In this document: positions 13,946 to 25,915 of the stretch, piece after piece
Layout: every line of letters starts with the position of its first letter
How positions within the stretch are numbered: position 1 is the first letter of the stretch
Assembly (NCBI GenBank): GCA_048537945.1
Contig: CM108483.1
Coordinates: 9,786,715-9,850,714, forward strand
Source: Mnemiopsis leidyi
Taxonomy: Eukaryota
Length of the DNA: 64,000 bases
Direction: 5' to 3'
Notes under the pieces: model-generated
The model's input: the letters and a program-made list of their open reading frames with translations, nothing else
Database searches by the model: none
Told to the model about the DNA's origin: nothing
Made by a program: the position numbers and the translations under genes

Positions 13946-16900
13946 TAGGGTGCGCCCTTTTTTCTAAACCTATATGGGCTCTACCCTTATCTGATAGAGC
14001 TCAACGAGCTGAAAACGAGGATGCCTTCCTTTTTGAAATTGGACAACGGGAAAGACTACCCCTGGTCGTTTAAAAGTTACGACGATCTAGGATGTACATG
14101 TTGCGCACGCGCGAACTCGGACGCTTGCATATGCTGCACCTGTCATAACTCACGCGCATTTAGCGCGGCTTCATGGTAACTTCCGTATACACAATGATTA
14201 TCTAGTCACTGACGTAATGCAGTGCTGGCGACTTTGACAAAAGAAAGCAAAGAGGACATACTCCTGACTGAAATCGACCGAGAAATCGTTTAAAGCTATC
14301 GTCGAGGCTCTAAAATGTGACACTAACTCGATAAATGATAAATGATCGGGATTGTAGCTATATAAAAGGTCACAATTCCTGGAATTATTACAGGAGACAA
14401 ACCTTTGAAACGTAAAACAGATCAAGTGAAACACAATCCGGCGAGGATCAAGTAGCAAGCAAGTTACTAGTACTAAAATAAACAAAACCTATATTGCCAA
14501 GTTAGTACTAGTAGTCACAAAATATTTTAGTTACTCAATCGACAGTCGCTCGGTTGCATTATCATAGGAAAGCGAAAGAAACCGTTTACTTTAAACATGC
14601 ACAGCCACAAGCAGTAAGCACACGTTTAACTGAAGTATCGTTCAAGTCAACCCGAATACACAGAGGATATCTCTTATATACCACACTCAGTAGGGGAATG
14701 AAGCGATCTCATTGGCTCCTAGTACGGCTAGCTACGTCACTAGAAGTAGAGACCTAGAGTAAGGTAAAAGTTACGTCACATATCTGCCTGCCGGAGTGAG
14801 GAAAATCAAACGATCTGATTGGCACACAGCTGCAGTCACGTGACTAGATTGAGTGGGGCAAAAGAAACGAACCATCTCTGCTTGCAATTTCCTCACTCAA
14901 ATGATGATGAATCATGATGTGAGTTGTACCGATCTTGAGTGAGGGAAACCAAGCAATCTCATTGGCTAGAAGCAGCAGTCACGTGACCTGGTAGAGTGGG
15001 GAAAAAGAAACGAACCATGTCTGCTTGCAATTTCCTCACTTAAATGATGATGTGACCCGTATCGATCTTGAGTGAGGGAAACCAAGCGATCTCATTGGCT
15101 CATGGCTGCCGTCACGTGACTTGGTAGAGTGGGGCAAAAGATACGTTACACCTTTGCTTGCAACTTTCCCACTCAGATCATGGCGATGCGAACAGTACCG
15201 ATTAGGAGTGAAACGAGACTGAGGCCAGAGTAAGGCAAATCATACGTCACTACAAGAACTTGACGGTCCCCAGAGTGTAATCTTTCGCTCGTTGCCCGTC
15301 AAAAATATGGACTCTGATATGCGAATATCGGCAGCTAGATTAAGATTGTGACCAATCCTTCTCTAGTTAACTTCGCGGCCAGAAAACGTTCCGCTACTAT
15401 ACCAGGGAAAATACTCGAGCTGCGGGGTGCCGTGTCAGATTTTGTCCGCCTGATTAGGTCTGGCGCATTGTCAGGCCTGCTATAAGAAATTTTTCATCGA
15501 TGCATGATTTACAATATAATCATACTTAATTTTTTTAGTGCTAGTCAATCAAACTGAAACATTAATCTAACGTCGTATACGAGTGTTGATAAAACTATAT
15601 CCGTCCGAACGTTAAACGGTTGTGTAGTAATACTACTACTAGTACAAGTACAACTAAGGGTTGCTTCAGTGTTAGGACATAGGTTCAAGGATCGACCGGG
15701 ATCGCTTTTTCAGCCGGGACCGGGACCGGGATCGGTAAAAATGGCCGGGACCGGGATTTTGCCGGGACCGGGATTGTAACCGGGACCGGGACTGTAACCG
15801 GGACCGGGATTGCGACCGGGATCCCGGTCGGTCCCTGCAAAGGTTATAGTTCGATTTAAAATAGAGGGGGTGGATTTAAATGACAAGTCGATTAAGCTGG
15901 TACAAAGGAGACGTCCATGTTAATGTAACTGATTGGCTTTACGATAGACTACAGCAATTAAGGTGCACTATTAGTATTTTTCATATTGGGCGGATTACAT
16001 TTTTCGGAAAGCAGGGGCTGACTCACGCCTCAATATCTGATCGCCATACTTGACACTACACCCGATCCGTGCTGTTTACATTATCTTGTTAAATCTTAAT
16101 TTGTCACCGTGTCGCAGTAGACTGTGAGGAAGCCTTCTTCAGTTGACATCTTCAGCAGGCTTTTTTCGACCCTCATTATCAGAAGCGAATTATTCTCCAA
16201 GAATTTAAAATGTCGGGATGGTGCACGTGCTGTACAACCGCAAGCTCCAATTCCAGGGCATTTTAACTGATCGGTAATATAACGGGTATTTTAACTTTAA
16301 GCTGTTGTCTCACGCTCTGCAAAGTGATTGCATTGTTTTAGGAGAACAATCTTAGAATTAGATAGGGATGTATTATTATTTGCAAGGTCAAGCTACATAG
16401 TGATATATTGTAGATAAACTTAAATATTTGATCATTTCTGTTGAGTCTGTCCGCTCTTGGTCCTAGTAAAAAGTTGCGTTACTGTCGGCTGATAAGGAAG
16501 CGAAGCTAAAAATCTAAACAAAATCTGGATACTGTCAAACCAATTGTGAATTGGTGTTAGTTTTACGTTGTAGGTTGAGAACCTTCTGCCGCGGCCATCA
16601 CGGGCTCTCGCGCATTTCTGGCCTAGCGACACAAATTTTAATTTTTAAGAAATTCTAGACGCTCATCGCCCGTTAAGTTTTACTTTAAAGCTAAACGCTA
16701 CTGGCCAGATCAAAGCGATGTATCATTATATAATGGTCACTCGCAAGACTAGCTTTATAAGTCGATTAGATCGCTTATTTCCCCGGAGCGGCAGCCCCAC
16801 TAAAAAGTTATTTTGAATCTGTAAATGTGCACCGGTAACAGTAACACAGTAAAGGATCCCCAATCAGCAATGGAGGTGACGTGTCTTCAGCTTTAGCGGT

Positions 16901-18151
16901 TACCGTTCGAGTACAACTACATAGTAGTGACGTGTGATTCGCCTAACTCTAGCCTCAATCACGTGACCAGCTGCAAGCCAAAGAGATCGCTTGGTTTCCT
17001 TCACTCCTAATCGGTGCAGGTCGCATCGTTGTGATCTGAGTGGGGGAGTTGCCTGGTGCAAGCAAAGTTGAAAGTTGTGACGTATCCTTTGCCCCACTCT
17101 ACCAAGTCACGTGACGGCAGCTATGAGCCAATGAGATCGCTTGACTTCCCTCACTCAAGATCGGTACAGCTCATATCATCATTTGAGTGAGGAAATTGCA
17201 AGCAGACATGGTTCGGTTCTTTTTCCAGACTCTACCAGGTCACGTGACTGCAGCTGCGAGCCAATGAGAAGCTTGGTTTCCCTCACTCCAACAGGTAGAT
17301 ATGAGACGTAACTTTTACCTTACTGTAGGTCTCTAGTGACGCAGCCGGCCTGAGGAGCCAATCAGATCGCTTGATTCCCCTACTGAGTGTGGTATATAAG
17401 AGCTTTACTTGTTGTTTTCGGGTTGATTTGATCGATACTTCCAGTTACACGTGTGCTTACTGCTTGCGGCTGTGCATATTTAACAATCGGTTTCTTTCGC
17501 TTCGCTATAATAATGCTACCGAGCTACTGTAGATTGAGTGACTGAAATATTTAGCGACTACTAAGTTTGCAACATAGGTAAGCCTCACGTTGTGGCCCCG
17601 TTAGTCCTACTGTCATCCCGGTTCTAGTATGAGTACAAGATGCTTGCTTGCCACTTAGTCCACGCTTATCGCCGGATCATTCGATCTGTATTACGCTTGA
17701 AAGGTTTGTCTCTTGTAATAATTCCATCAATTGTGACCTTTGATATAACAACAATCCCGATCATTTATCGAGTTAGTGTCACATTTTAGAGCCTCGACGA
17801 TAGCTTTAAACGATTTCTCGGTCGATTTTAGTCAGGAGTATGTCCTCTTTGCTCTCTTTTGTCAAAGTCGCCAGCACTGCATTACGTCAGAGAATAGATA
17901 ATCATTGTGTATACGGAAGTTACCATGAACCCGCGCTGAATGCGCGTGAGTTATGACAGGTGCAGCATGCAAGCGTCCGAGTTCGCGCGTGCGCAACATG
18001 TACATCCTAGATCGTCGTAACTTTTAAACGACCAGGGGTAGTCTTTCCCGTTGTCCAATTTCAAAAAGGAAGGCATCCTCGTTTTCAGCTCGTTGAGCTC
18101 TATCAGATAAGGGTAGAGCCCATATAGGTTTAGAAAAAAGGGCGCACCCTA
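13946..18151. mobile_element. Non-autonomous foldback-type DNA transposon. It has perfect terminal inverted repeats (tagggtgcgccctttttt...), ~1.3 kb inverted arms (13946-~15245 and ~16880-18151) with ~127 bp tandem subrepeats, a ~1.6 kb unique core without ORFs, and a 9 bp TSD gagaaacgg (13937-13945 / 18152-18160)
   Basis: The reverse complement of 13946-14440 matches 17700-18151 nearly base for base. The subrepeats (gagtgagggaaaccaagc...tcacgtgac...) occur 3x in each arm in mirrored orientation. Identical 9-mers flank the element. Removing the element plus one TSD restores the ORF2 frame. Confidence 0.85.
15700..15840. repeat. (gaccggga)-type microsatellite with palindromic character, inside the core of the foldback element
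   Basis: Iterated cgggaccgggat motifs ending in the palindrome gaccgggatcccggtc. Confidence 0.8.
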
Positions 18152-18160
18152 GAGAAACGG

Positions 18161-20050
18161 GCAGTAGAGACTATAAAGGACAACCCAAAATACTTCTTTT
18201 CATATGCTAAACGTCTACAAAAGACAAAGTCCACCATACCTGTCCTTAGAGATGAAAATGGCAGGCTGGTAGAGGACCCTGCGATTAAAGCTGAACTGTT
18301 GCAAACCCAATATCAAAAGGTTTTCAGCAACCCAAAGGATGCAAACCTTGAAGAGTGTATGGGAAATCCGGGTTTACCACAGGGATCAAATCAAGGTTTT
18401 GGTGAACTCAGTTTTACAATAGAAGACATCTTAGAAGCCCTGGAGGAATTAGATCCGTACTCGGCAGCACCTGACGGCGATATTCCTGCAAAGATTCTGA
18501 AGGTCTGTAGATACCAGCTAGCGGGCCCACTCAAATTGCTATGGTACGAGTCATTCAGCAGGGGGTGCATACCGGAGGAGCTTAAGACACAGTATATCAC
18601 TCCTATTTACAAAAAGGGTGATAGGACGGACCCTGCAAACTACAGGCCAGTGTCACTGACCTCTCATGTTATGAAGACCTTTGAGAGGGTGATGAGGAAG
18701 TACCTCGTCAAGTATCTTGAGGATTCAGAGTTCCTGCATAACAACCAACATGGGTTCAGAAAGAAAAGGAGCTGTATGACCCAACTCCTCAGCCATATCG
18801 ATCAGATTTACCAGTCGCTCAACAACAACGACGAAGTCGATGTGATCTATCTAGACTTTGCTAAGGCTTTCGATAAAGTCGATCACTCGATCCTACTTGC
18901 TAAATTAGCTCGTTATGGCATTAAAGGTAAAGCACTCAAGTGGCTTAATGAGTTTCTGTGTGGAAGGAAGCAGACAGTAGTTGTTGAAGGCACGAGGTCA
19001 TCTCTACAACCGGTTGTGAGTGGTGTACCTCAAGGGACAGTACTGGGTCCTATTCTTTTTGTGCTCTACATAAACGATCTGTTGAGTACAATTAAACACA
19101 GCTGCGGGTTTAGCTTCGCCGATGATACTAAACTCATCGGAGGTATTCAAGGGCTATCCAGTGTGAACCACCTACAAGATGACCTGAACTTAGTGATAGA
19201 GTGGTCAAGGAGTAATAATATGGAGCTGCACGAGCAGAAGTTTGAAGTGGTCAGCTACAACCTCAACACGTCGAAGACTCTAAGAGAGCTCCCGTTATAC
19301 CCTGAAAATGTTGAGTATAGCACCCCAAAAGGACATGTTATAACACCACAGGAAATTGTCTGTGACCTGGGTGTCAATGTTAGCAGCAGCAGGGGGTGGG
19401 GACCACACATCGAGAAGACAGTTCAGGGAGCTAGGAAGATGGCGGCATGGGTATTGAGCGCGTTCAGAGATCGGTCACCCACTGTGATGCTCACATTATA
19501 TAAGAGTATGGTCCGGTCCAAACTTGAATACTGCTGCCCAGTCTGGAATCCTGTGAAGATTACAGAGATTCAGAGGCTAGAGAACGTACAGAGATCGTTC
19601 ACAAGGAAGATACTTGGCTGCAGTGAGCTTCAATACTGGGACAGGCTAAAGAAGCTCAAGTTAATGTCACTTCAAAGAAGAAGAGAGCGTTACTGCATCA
19701 TACACGTTTGGAAGATCTTAAACGAAGAGGCTCCGAATGACATTGGCTTCACATTCAACTGTCACCAGCGACTGGGGTTGAAGGCGGTTATACCACCGGT
19801 GAACAAGAACTCCCAACTGTCGGTGAGATCTGACTACGACAGTACATTCAGGGTTAGAGCAGCTCAGCTCTTCAACATCCTGCCACCAGAGCTCCGTGCT
19901 ACTACCTCACTGGATGGCTTTAAGGCAGGACTTGGAAGATTCATGGACCAGTGCCCAGACACCCCACCGATCCCGGGTTACACTCCATCGAACGACAACT
20001 CGCTACTGAGCTGGAGGAGGACGCACACGATGCAGTTGTCCTGTGCATGA
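18161..20050 (+). CDS. LINE ORF2 3' part: reverse transcriptase domain plus a C-terminal domain, in frame with 12737-13945 once the nested insertion is removed
   Basis: RT motifs 1-7 (PDGDIPAKILK, YRPVSLTSHVMKTFERV, QHGFRKKRSCMTQL, IYLDFAKAFDKVDH, SGVPQGTVLGPILF, FADDTKLIG). The join ...gagaaacgg|gcagtagag reads EKRAVET, and the excised length 4215 equals 3x1405. Confidence 0.9.
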   Translation, partial: AVETIKDNPKYFFSYAKRLQKTKSTIPVLRDENGRLVEDPAIKAELLQTQYQKVFSNPKDANLEECMGNPGLPQGSNQGFGELSFTIEDILEALEELDPYSAAPDGDIPAKILKVCRYQLAGPLKLLWYESFSRGCIPEELKTQYITPIYKKGDRTDPANYRPVSLTSHVMKTFERVMRKYLVKYLEDSEFLHNNQHGFRKKRSCMTQLLSHIDQIYQSLNNNDEVDVIYLDFAKAFDKVDHSILLAKLARYGIKGKALKWLNEFLCGRKQTVVVEGTRSSLQPVVSGVPQGTVLGPILFVLYINDLLSTIKHSCGFSFADDTKLIGGIQGLSSVNHLQDDLNLVIEWSRSNNMELHEQKFEVVSYNLNTSKTLRELPLYPENVEYSTPKGHVITPQEIVCDLGVNVSSSRGWGPHIEKTVQGARKMAAWVLSAFRDRSPTVMLTLYKSMVRSKLEYCCPVWNPVKITEIQRLENVQRSFTRKILGCSELQYWDRLKKLKLMSLQRRRERYCIIHVWKILNEEAPNDIGFTFNCHQRLGLKAVIPPVNKNSQLSVRSDYDSTFRVRAAQLFNILPPELRATTSLDGFKAGLGRFMDQCPDTPPIPGYTPSNDNSLLSWRRTHTMQLSCA

Positions 20051-21222
20051 ACTGCCGAACCATCCAAAACGTACCAAACGTACGTACGTATGTTGAGCTA
20101 ATGATGAGATGTTGAATTTTTAATCCCATTTGTAATTAAATCCAGTCTAATAACAACTGACTCCGAAGCCTTCATTACGCGTACACTGCCTAAAAGCCAT
20201 CACAGCACAGCTTGTACCCTCCTAATAAACTTTTAATTTAAACATTCGCTCCCTTGCCCCAGGTAAAATGAACGTCAACCATTTAGCCATTTAAGGGTGG
20301 GCCAATTAACGAATGCAACAAACTGTGTTGGAGAGTTCTGCATTAACTGTCCAATTTAACAGCCGAAATTTATTTCGATTTTCTAAAAGAAGGTTAAACC
20401 CGATTTGAGATTTCCACAAATCACATAACACTAGGCTCTGACACTACTTTCAAGTGTTTTTTTGTAAGTTTCAATTAGTTTCACAATATTCGCGTGTTTA
20501 TTATGACAAGCATTGCTCATAACTAAGCATTAAGCAACAGGTAGTTTTGGGTGTAAGATAAACAAATCTAAAACTCGGCGCTTTATCACAAAGAAGTCTC
20601 TAGCAATTGTAATGGCAAACACTAAAGAGGGCGTGTGGCTACTTTAACATCTACACAAAGCATTAAAAACAATGAAAAGTGTAGACAGTATGGCTAACAA
20701 TATAATAATGAATATTGGAGGTTTGTCCCCACCCCTAGTTAGACACATTGGAGACAAGTTAAATTGTCAAGAGTGAAGTGTAAAGGGACAGTGAGGGTAA
20801 ATAGCGGTACAGTCATCATATGATTAGATAGTCACATACTTGAACTGCAATCTTCATTCTTCTACACACATTCCGACATAAAATTGCGATCGTTTATTCA
20901 TGATGCGATGTAGAATGAAGGTAGCTGTGGTATGTGTGTGTGTGTGTGTCGTTCAGATTGGGACATTCTTGCTGCAATTTATCTTGTGACACTTGCGTTA
21001 TTTGACTAATGAAAGGGCTATACCAACTACGATAATCGCTGAATAATTAGATAATGTCACGAGAAGAGCCCAAAAAACCTGATTGAAATAGGGTATCTAG
21101 TTTCTAGTATGAAGGTATCTAAATTGTTAGTTAGTACATCAGATTGATATAGGTATCTAAGTAGGTAGGTATCTCCTTATACACAACTATGTCCGCACTC
21201 TATAACACGAGCACAGACATAC

Positions 21223-21374
21223 CTGCATGGACTCATGTTTTCCATTAATTGAGGCGTGGTGAAGAGCAGTGTATCCGTTCCTGTCCCGAAACTCCAAGAA
21301 AGCCCCGTATCGACACAGCAACATTATCATTCTCTTAGGTTCCTTCCCCAACACGGCTTTCGTCAACGGAGTGT
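21223..21374 (-). CDS. SHANK: SHANK-like gene, ankyrin-repeat exon (..TPLTKAVLGKEPKRMIMLLCRYGAFLEFRDRNGYTALHHASINGKHESMQ)
   Basis: Aligns with SHANK ETPLTLAAQLDDSVEVIKALKNGGAHLDFRAKDGMTALHKAARARNQVALKT. tattcag acceptor and GTATGT donor; the phase is compatible with the neighbouring exons. Confidence 0.8.
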
Positions 21375-21902
21375 CTGAATAGAGGGGTAGTATAATTAGG
21401 TTTTTGTAGAGAGTAGCAACCTAGTCTTTCGGGGATCTATCGCCTGATATCTCCTGGATTGCTGAGATTTCCACCCCGTACTGATTAAATTAATATTATC
21501 TGATAGTCTGTAGTCACGAAATTCAGTTGACTTAACTATAAGTTGGGTAAATATTTTCAGAGTGGCATGTGTGCGTGAGTGCAGGGGCGAAGTTTTAGCT
21601 AGGTCGACACGGAATGAAAATACCTAATTATGATCATATTTTTGGCATGAGTCTAAAATGTATTAGGATTAGCCGGCAGTTGCGATAAAATAAAATGCAC
21701 TAGGACGAAATAATCGTTTGATAGGATTAACTGCGCGGGATAAGGCAACACGATAACAAAAGGCAATACGTTTTTGATTATTCAGCGGTAAAACAGGTTT
21801 TTCTCTTTCGAAGAGTTACCGATAGATAATTAAATAAAACCAAGAGTTACCGAATAGATAATTAAATAAAACCAAGAAAAATGAAAGGGTAATTGATCTT
21901 AC

Positions 21903-22011
21903 GTCCAGATGCTCGATGAATGAAATTGGGATCCAGTCCTCGCTCCAAGAATTTCAAACATTTTTCCAAATTCCCGTCCGACACATGTTCAAAAAACCTC
22001 TGTTGAGAGTC
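21903..22011 (-). CDS. SHANK: SHANK-like gene, exon encoding the start of the ANK domain (DSQQRFFEHVSDGNLEKCLKFLERGLDPNFIHRASG)
   Basis: Aligns with SHANK DKRVFRAFLDAGNLDELQRLLDNGLDPNFHDPDSG. ttttcag acceptor and GTAAGA donor. Confidence 0.8.
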
Positions 22012-25000
22012 CTGAAAATTTCACGTCAGTAGCGCCTTTAAAACAATGTCAGATCTTTGACGGTGTGAGGCTACTATGTTAAAAGAAAGGGATTCGAACG
22101 AACGATCTAGCAATTAATTAAATACCAACCCCGAAAAATAGTGTAATACCTTAAATAATTTTTTGTGTACCTAAAGGCCTAGACTATGACTTAATGTATA
22201 ATTTTAAAACTTTAACAAGTCTGAAAACGATTTCCTAGAGCTTGTCGAAAGCCCTATAAGAGCGAATAAAAGATATCACTTATCAAGTATTTTCATGTGA
22301 GCACTTATGTGATGGCAAGGTACTATATAACATATTTAACCCGGTATTTTAACCCCAAGCTGTGCATAGTTCTAGTGTTAAGCAGTGGGCGATAACTGAT
22401 CGGATTTTTGGAGCGACAAAACTGCCAACTCTCACACCACGTCAAAAGAACGTCAGCTTGCTATTCACGGAATGTGGAGACACAGTCCGACGTGATTTTG
22501 TGACGTGTTTTCAGTTTTAGTGTACGTTTAGAAAACAGCAAGGTTACTTCCAGCAGTTTCTTTACACTTATTGTCTTCCACACTGTTACCGCGATTTCCT
22601 AGTAAGGGTCAATAAGTTGCCCTAAATTTCAACAACTTCAATGGGCGAACCTTACAAAATAGATCGAAGGCATTTGGAGTTTGGTTGGCTTCCTGAATTC
22701 ATTATGTGTCTGTACGGCTACCTGATACACCCCAAAAAGGACATAATGTCAATGTTATCTGGTTTATCAGCAATGGAATTTCGTCCATTTTGACGTTGTC
22801 AAACCATAAACTGGTGTGTATTTTAACTATCTCAACGAACATTCCTATGTTCAGACACAGTTTCGTGGGACAACATTCCGTACTGCAACACACAGCCAGC
22901 TTTTCATAACATCTAATAACAATAGGCATCAAAACAGTACTGGCGAAATGAACATTTAATTTTTCGTAAGCTTAATTTTCAATCAAGCGGTGGTTCTCGA
23001 CAACGCTGCAAACATTTTACATTGTCAATTTGAGCATTTTTGAGCATTTTTAGGCATTTTGGCTCATGGCAAAGCACGACATTTCAACACACTATTACGC
23101 TATTTCAATCTCCTGCACTCAACATCATTTTTTTTCAGTTCACAATCCTAGATCACTTAGACCTACAACAATGTTTTCAGAAATCACTCTTAAATACTTC
23201 AATACCAATCCCTTCAATAAATTATTCAGACTAGATTATGTGGCAACCATTACGTCATCCTCAGATCGAGCTCCACTTAGTGAGATGTTAGAAGGTTGTA
23301 CCTACAAGAATTTTAGAGTCTAGACGCAACAAGAAGGTAGTGTATGTGTGTGTTAGTGCCAAGTACTGAGCACGACTGTGTCACAGCGGCTCTAGATTTT
23401 CAGTCGTGGCATTTAGACAGTTATTTGACAAGTAATGTGAGGATGTTTTAGAGGGAGGAAATTCTTTAAGATATTTAGTTTTCACAAGTCTATCTAAATA
23501 TCTACGTGACGAAACCCGTTCCCAAGTAGCTCAATCGACCGATGGAATAGCGAGTTTGGTGGTTTACAGTACAACGAATTAAATCGCATTATCTAAGCCA
23601 ACTTTAATCAGTCCTGGTGCCTCTCTAGTTATTGCAGTTTCTCTGTAATGCGACTTTACAATCAGAGGAACCTCTGATAACAACTACTGTCCTAAAAGCT
23701 CGCCCAAAATAAAGAAGATCACATCACCAACTCACATGATTCGCGTAGTCAGTATAGTTCGCCGACAGGCGGCGCAGCATTTTCAGGCCCCGCAGCGACA
23801 TTCCTCAGCTACAAAACACACTCTGTGCTAGCACGCCGTTGTTTCAATCAGCTAACTACCACCGTGAAGTCTGACTCCGAACATGATTATTACTTAACTC
23901 GGTGGAGCTTGGGAGTCGTAGTCTCGGTTAGATCGTTGTAAGTCAAGTAGTCTGAGCAACAGTAGTGTCTTAGTGGTCGCTCCTCAACAAGGAAATATTT
24001 CTTAGCAATTCAATAAAAATGTCCAACATTTAACTGTTAGATAAAGTCTATAATATGGTTAACTGTCGCGGTCACGGTACGTGGGTCTTCCAATAGTCAG
24101 GTAAATATTTCCATTGCTCGCTGCATTCTCTACAACATGCTAAACTATCCCTGCATTGTGTCACTCTATTGACTTTTATTACAACAAATTAGCAGCGCAG
24201 GTGCGAAAACGGCAGGATATTTACAAGGCAAGCTGTGATAATCACCAATCACTTGAAAGATGAAGATGCCGTGATCGCTATCTCGAAAGCAGTGCAAGTG
24301 GACAAAACTTGACAACACAGTCTATAATATTTCGTATGCAAGCTATGAGAGAGGCTAAAGTCGATTGCGCATACCGGAGAAAAGGTTAAGCATACGAATT
24401 AGGTACACGACGGTGGTTGTTATAGGCAGAGCACGACAACTCGTCCAAAAATAGAAAATTTCACACAAAGTACTTGGAGGAAAGGGTGAAGTGAGCTCAC
24501 CGAGGAAAACTTATCGAGCCGGCCATCTGAGTGTAAACTCTAACGGTAAGATGGGAAGTGCTCCTGGCTAGAGAGATTTGCCTTAGCTGTAAGGTAAGCT
24601 TAGCAAGGACGGATAGAGCGGCCAATAAAGTGCTAATATATTTTCATGTTGATCCATCAACACTTTGTCGCAACACACACAACACAGCATGAGCGGCCTG
24701 GTCTCTCCTTGCCAACTATTTTGAGATTTTACTTTTTCTTTTTTGGCTTCCAATTCTTAGGTTCACTCTCTTCTGGTTCTTCGGGAATGGAGGTAAAGTG
24801 GAGAAAACCAACATGCTTTTCATTTCGAGTATTTGGTGGCAATGGCGTTTTTATGTGCTACGGGTGTACTAAATTTTTTAGCAAAGCAAATTGAACGTAT
24901 ATTTTTGCATAAAGCTGCATAAATTAGAACCTCTAAATTTTTGATGACAGTAAATCAACAAGTTTTTGGTCCACATGCAGTGCCAAAGCTTATTAATTAC

Positions 25001-25439
25001 GGTCCTATTATTGGCTCTTATATTGTACGTAAACAATTACATTCTCCGATTTCACAGTTTTAGTTATGACTTATGATATAGTATTATCATTCTCCTGAGG
25101 CAGAAAACTTCCCTTTGGTTTCAAATTAAAGGGAAGATTTTAATCATGACCTATACTTAATGACGTGACCTACTGAATAGAAAATCGAATGATACTAGAC
25201 CACCAAAAAAGAACTTAAAAGCTAGATCTGAAAGCTGTGATTTATAGAATCTAAAATAAGCAACTTACAAAAAAAGGACCAAACATGGGCTTATTCAATT
25301 ACTACGATGCTCAAGTTATTACAAGGACACACACGAAGAAACTTGAATAGGAAATATGGGGCCAATGCGAGAAAGGACTTAGACTCGAATTTGTACGCTT
25401 TGCCAATAACATTCTCACCTATACATTTTTAAAAATTAT

Positions 25440-25915
25440 CAATAAACTTCCCAGGCCGGTAACCAGTACCCAGGCCGGTAACCAGTACCCAGGCCGGTAA
25501 ACAGTACCCATGCCGGTAAACAGTACCCATGCCGGTAAACAGTACCCATGCCGGTAAACAGTACCCATGCCGGTAAACAGTACCCAGGCCGGTAAACAGT
25601 ACCCATGCCGGTAAACAGTACCCATGCCGGTAAACAGTACCCATGCCGGTAAACAGTACCCAGGCCGGTAAACAGTACCCATGCCGGTAAACAGTACCCA
25701 GGCCGGTAAACAGTACCCATGCCGGTAAACAGTACCCATGCCGGTAAACAGTACCCAGGCCGGTAAACAGTACCCAGGCCGGTAAACAGTACCCATGCCG
25801 GTAAACAGTACCCAGGCCGGTAAACAGTACCCAGGCCGGTAACCAGTACCCAGACCGGTAAACAGTACCCAGAGCGGTAACCAGTACCCATGCCGGTAAA
25901 CAGTACCAATAATCT
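25440..25915. repeat. Minisatellite of ~24 copies of a 20 bp unit ccggtaaacagtacccaggc (with cat/cag variants)
   Basis: Direct tandem iteration. The three overlapping minus-strand ORFs in the track here are repeat-translation artefacts. Confidence 0.95.

Larger units (their letters stand above)
11200..20160 (+). mobile_element. CR1/L2-like non-LTR retrotransposon (LINE) with ORF1 and ORF2 (APE endonuclease + RT). It is interrupted by a nested 4.2 kb foldback-type insertion at 13946-18151; 5' and 3' limits are approximate
   Basis: Gag-like zinc-finger ORF1, then an overlapping ORF2 with an exonuclease/endonuclease/phosphatase-fold domain (SDH..., GDFN motifs) and RT motifs (YRPVSL, QHGFRKKRSC, YLDFAKAFDKV, FADD). 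The 3' region carries an acgtacgtacgta repeat. Confidence 0.85.

Noticed and set aside
11403-20050. Considered whether ORF1 and the endonuclease/RT ORFs were host genes (zinc-finger protein; endonuclease)
   Set aside because: The domain order (gag-like ORF1, then APE, then RT with the FADD motif) and the overlapping ORF1/ORF2 arrangement are diagnostic of a non-LTR retrotransposon
24490-24640. Moderately GC-rich stretch checked for snRNA, 5S or other small-RNA signatures
   Set aside because: No match to U1/U2/U6/5S consensus cores that I can recall, and no pol III box arrangement
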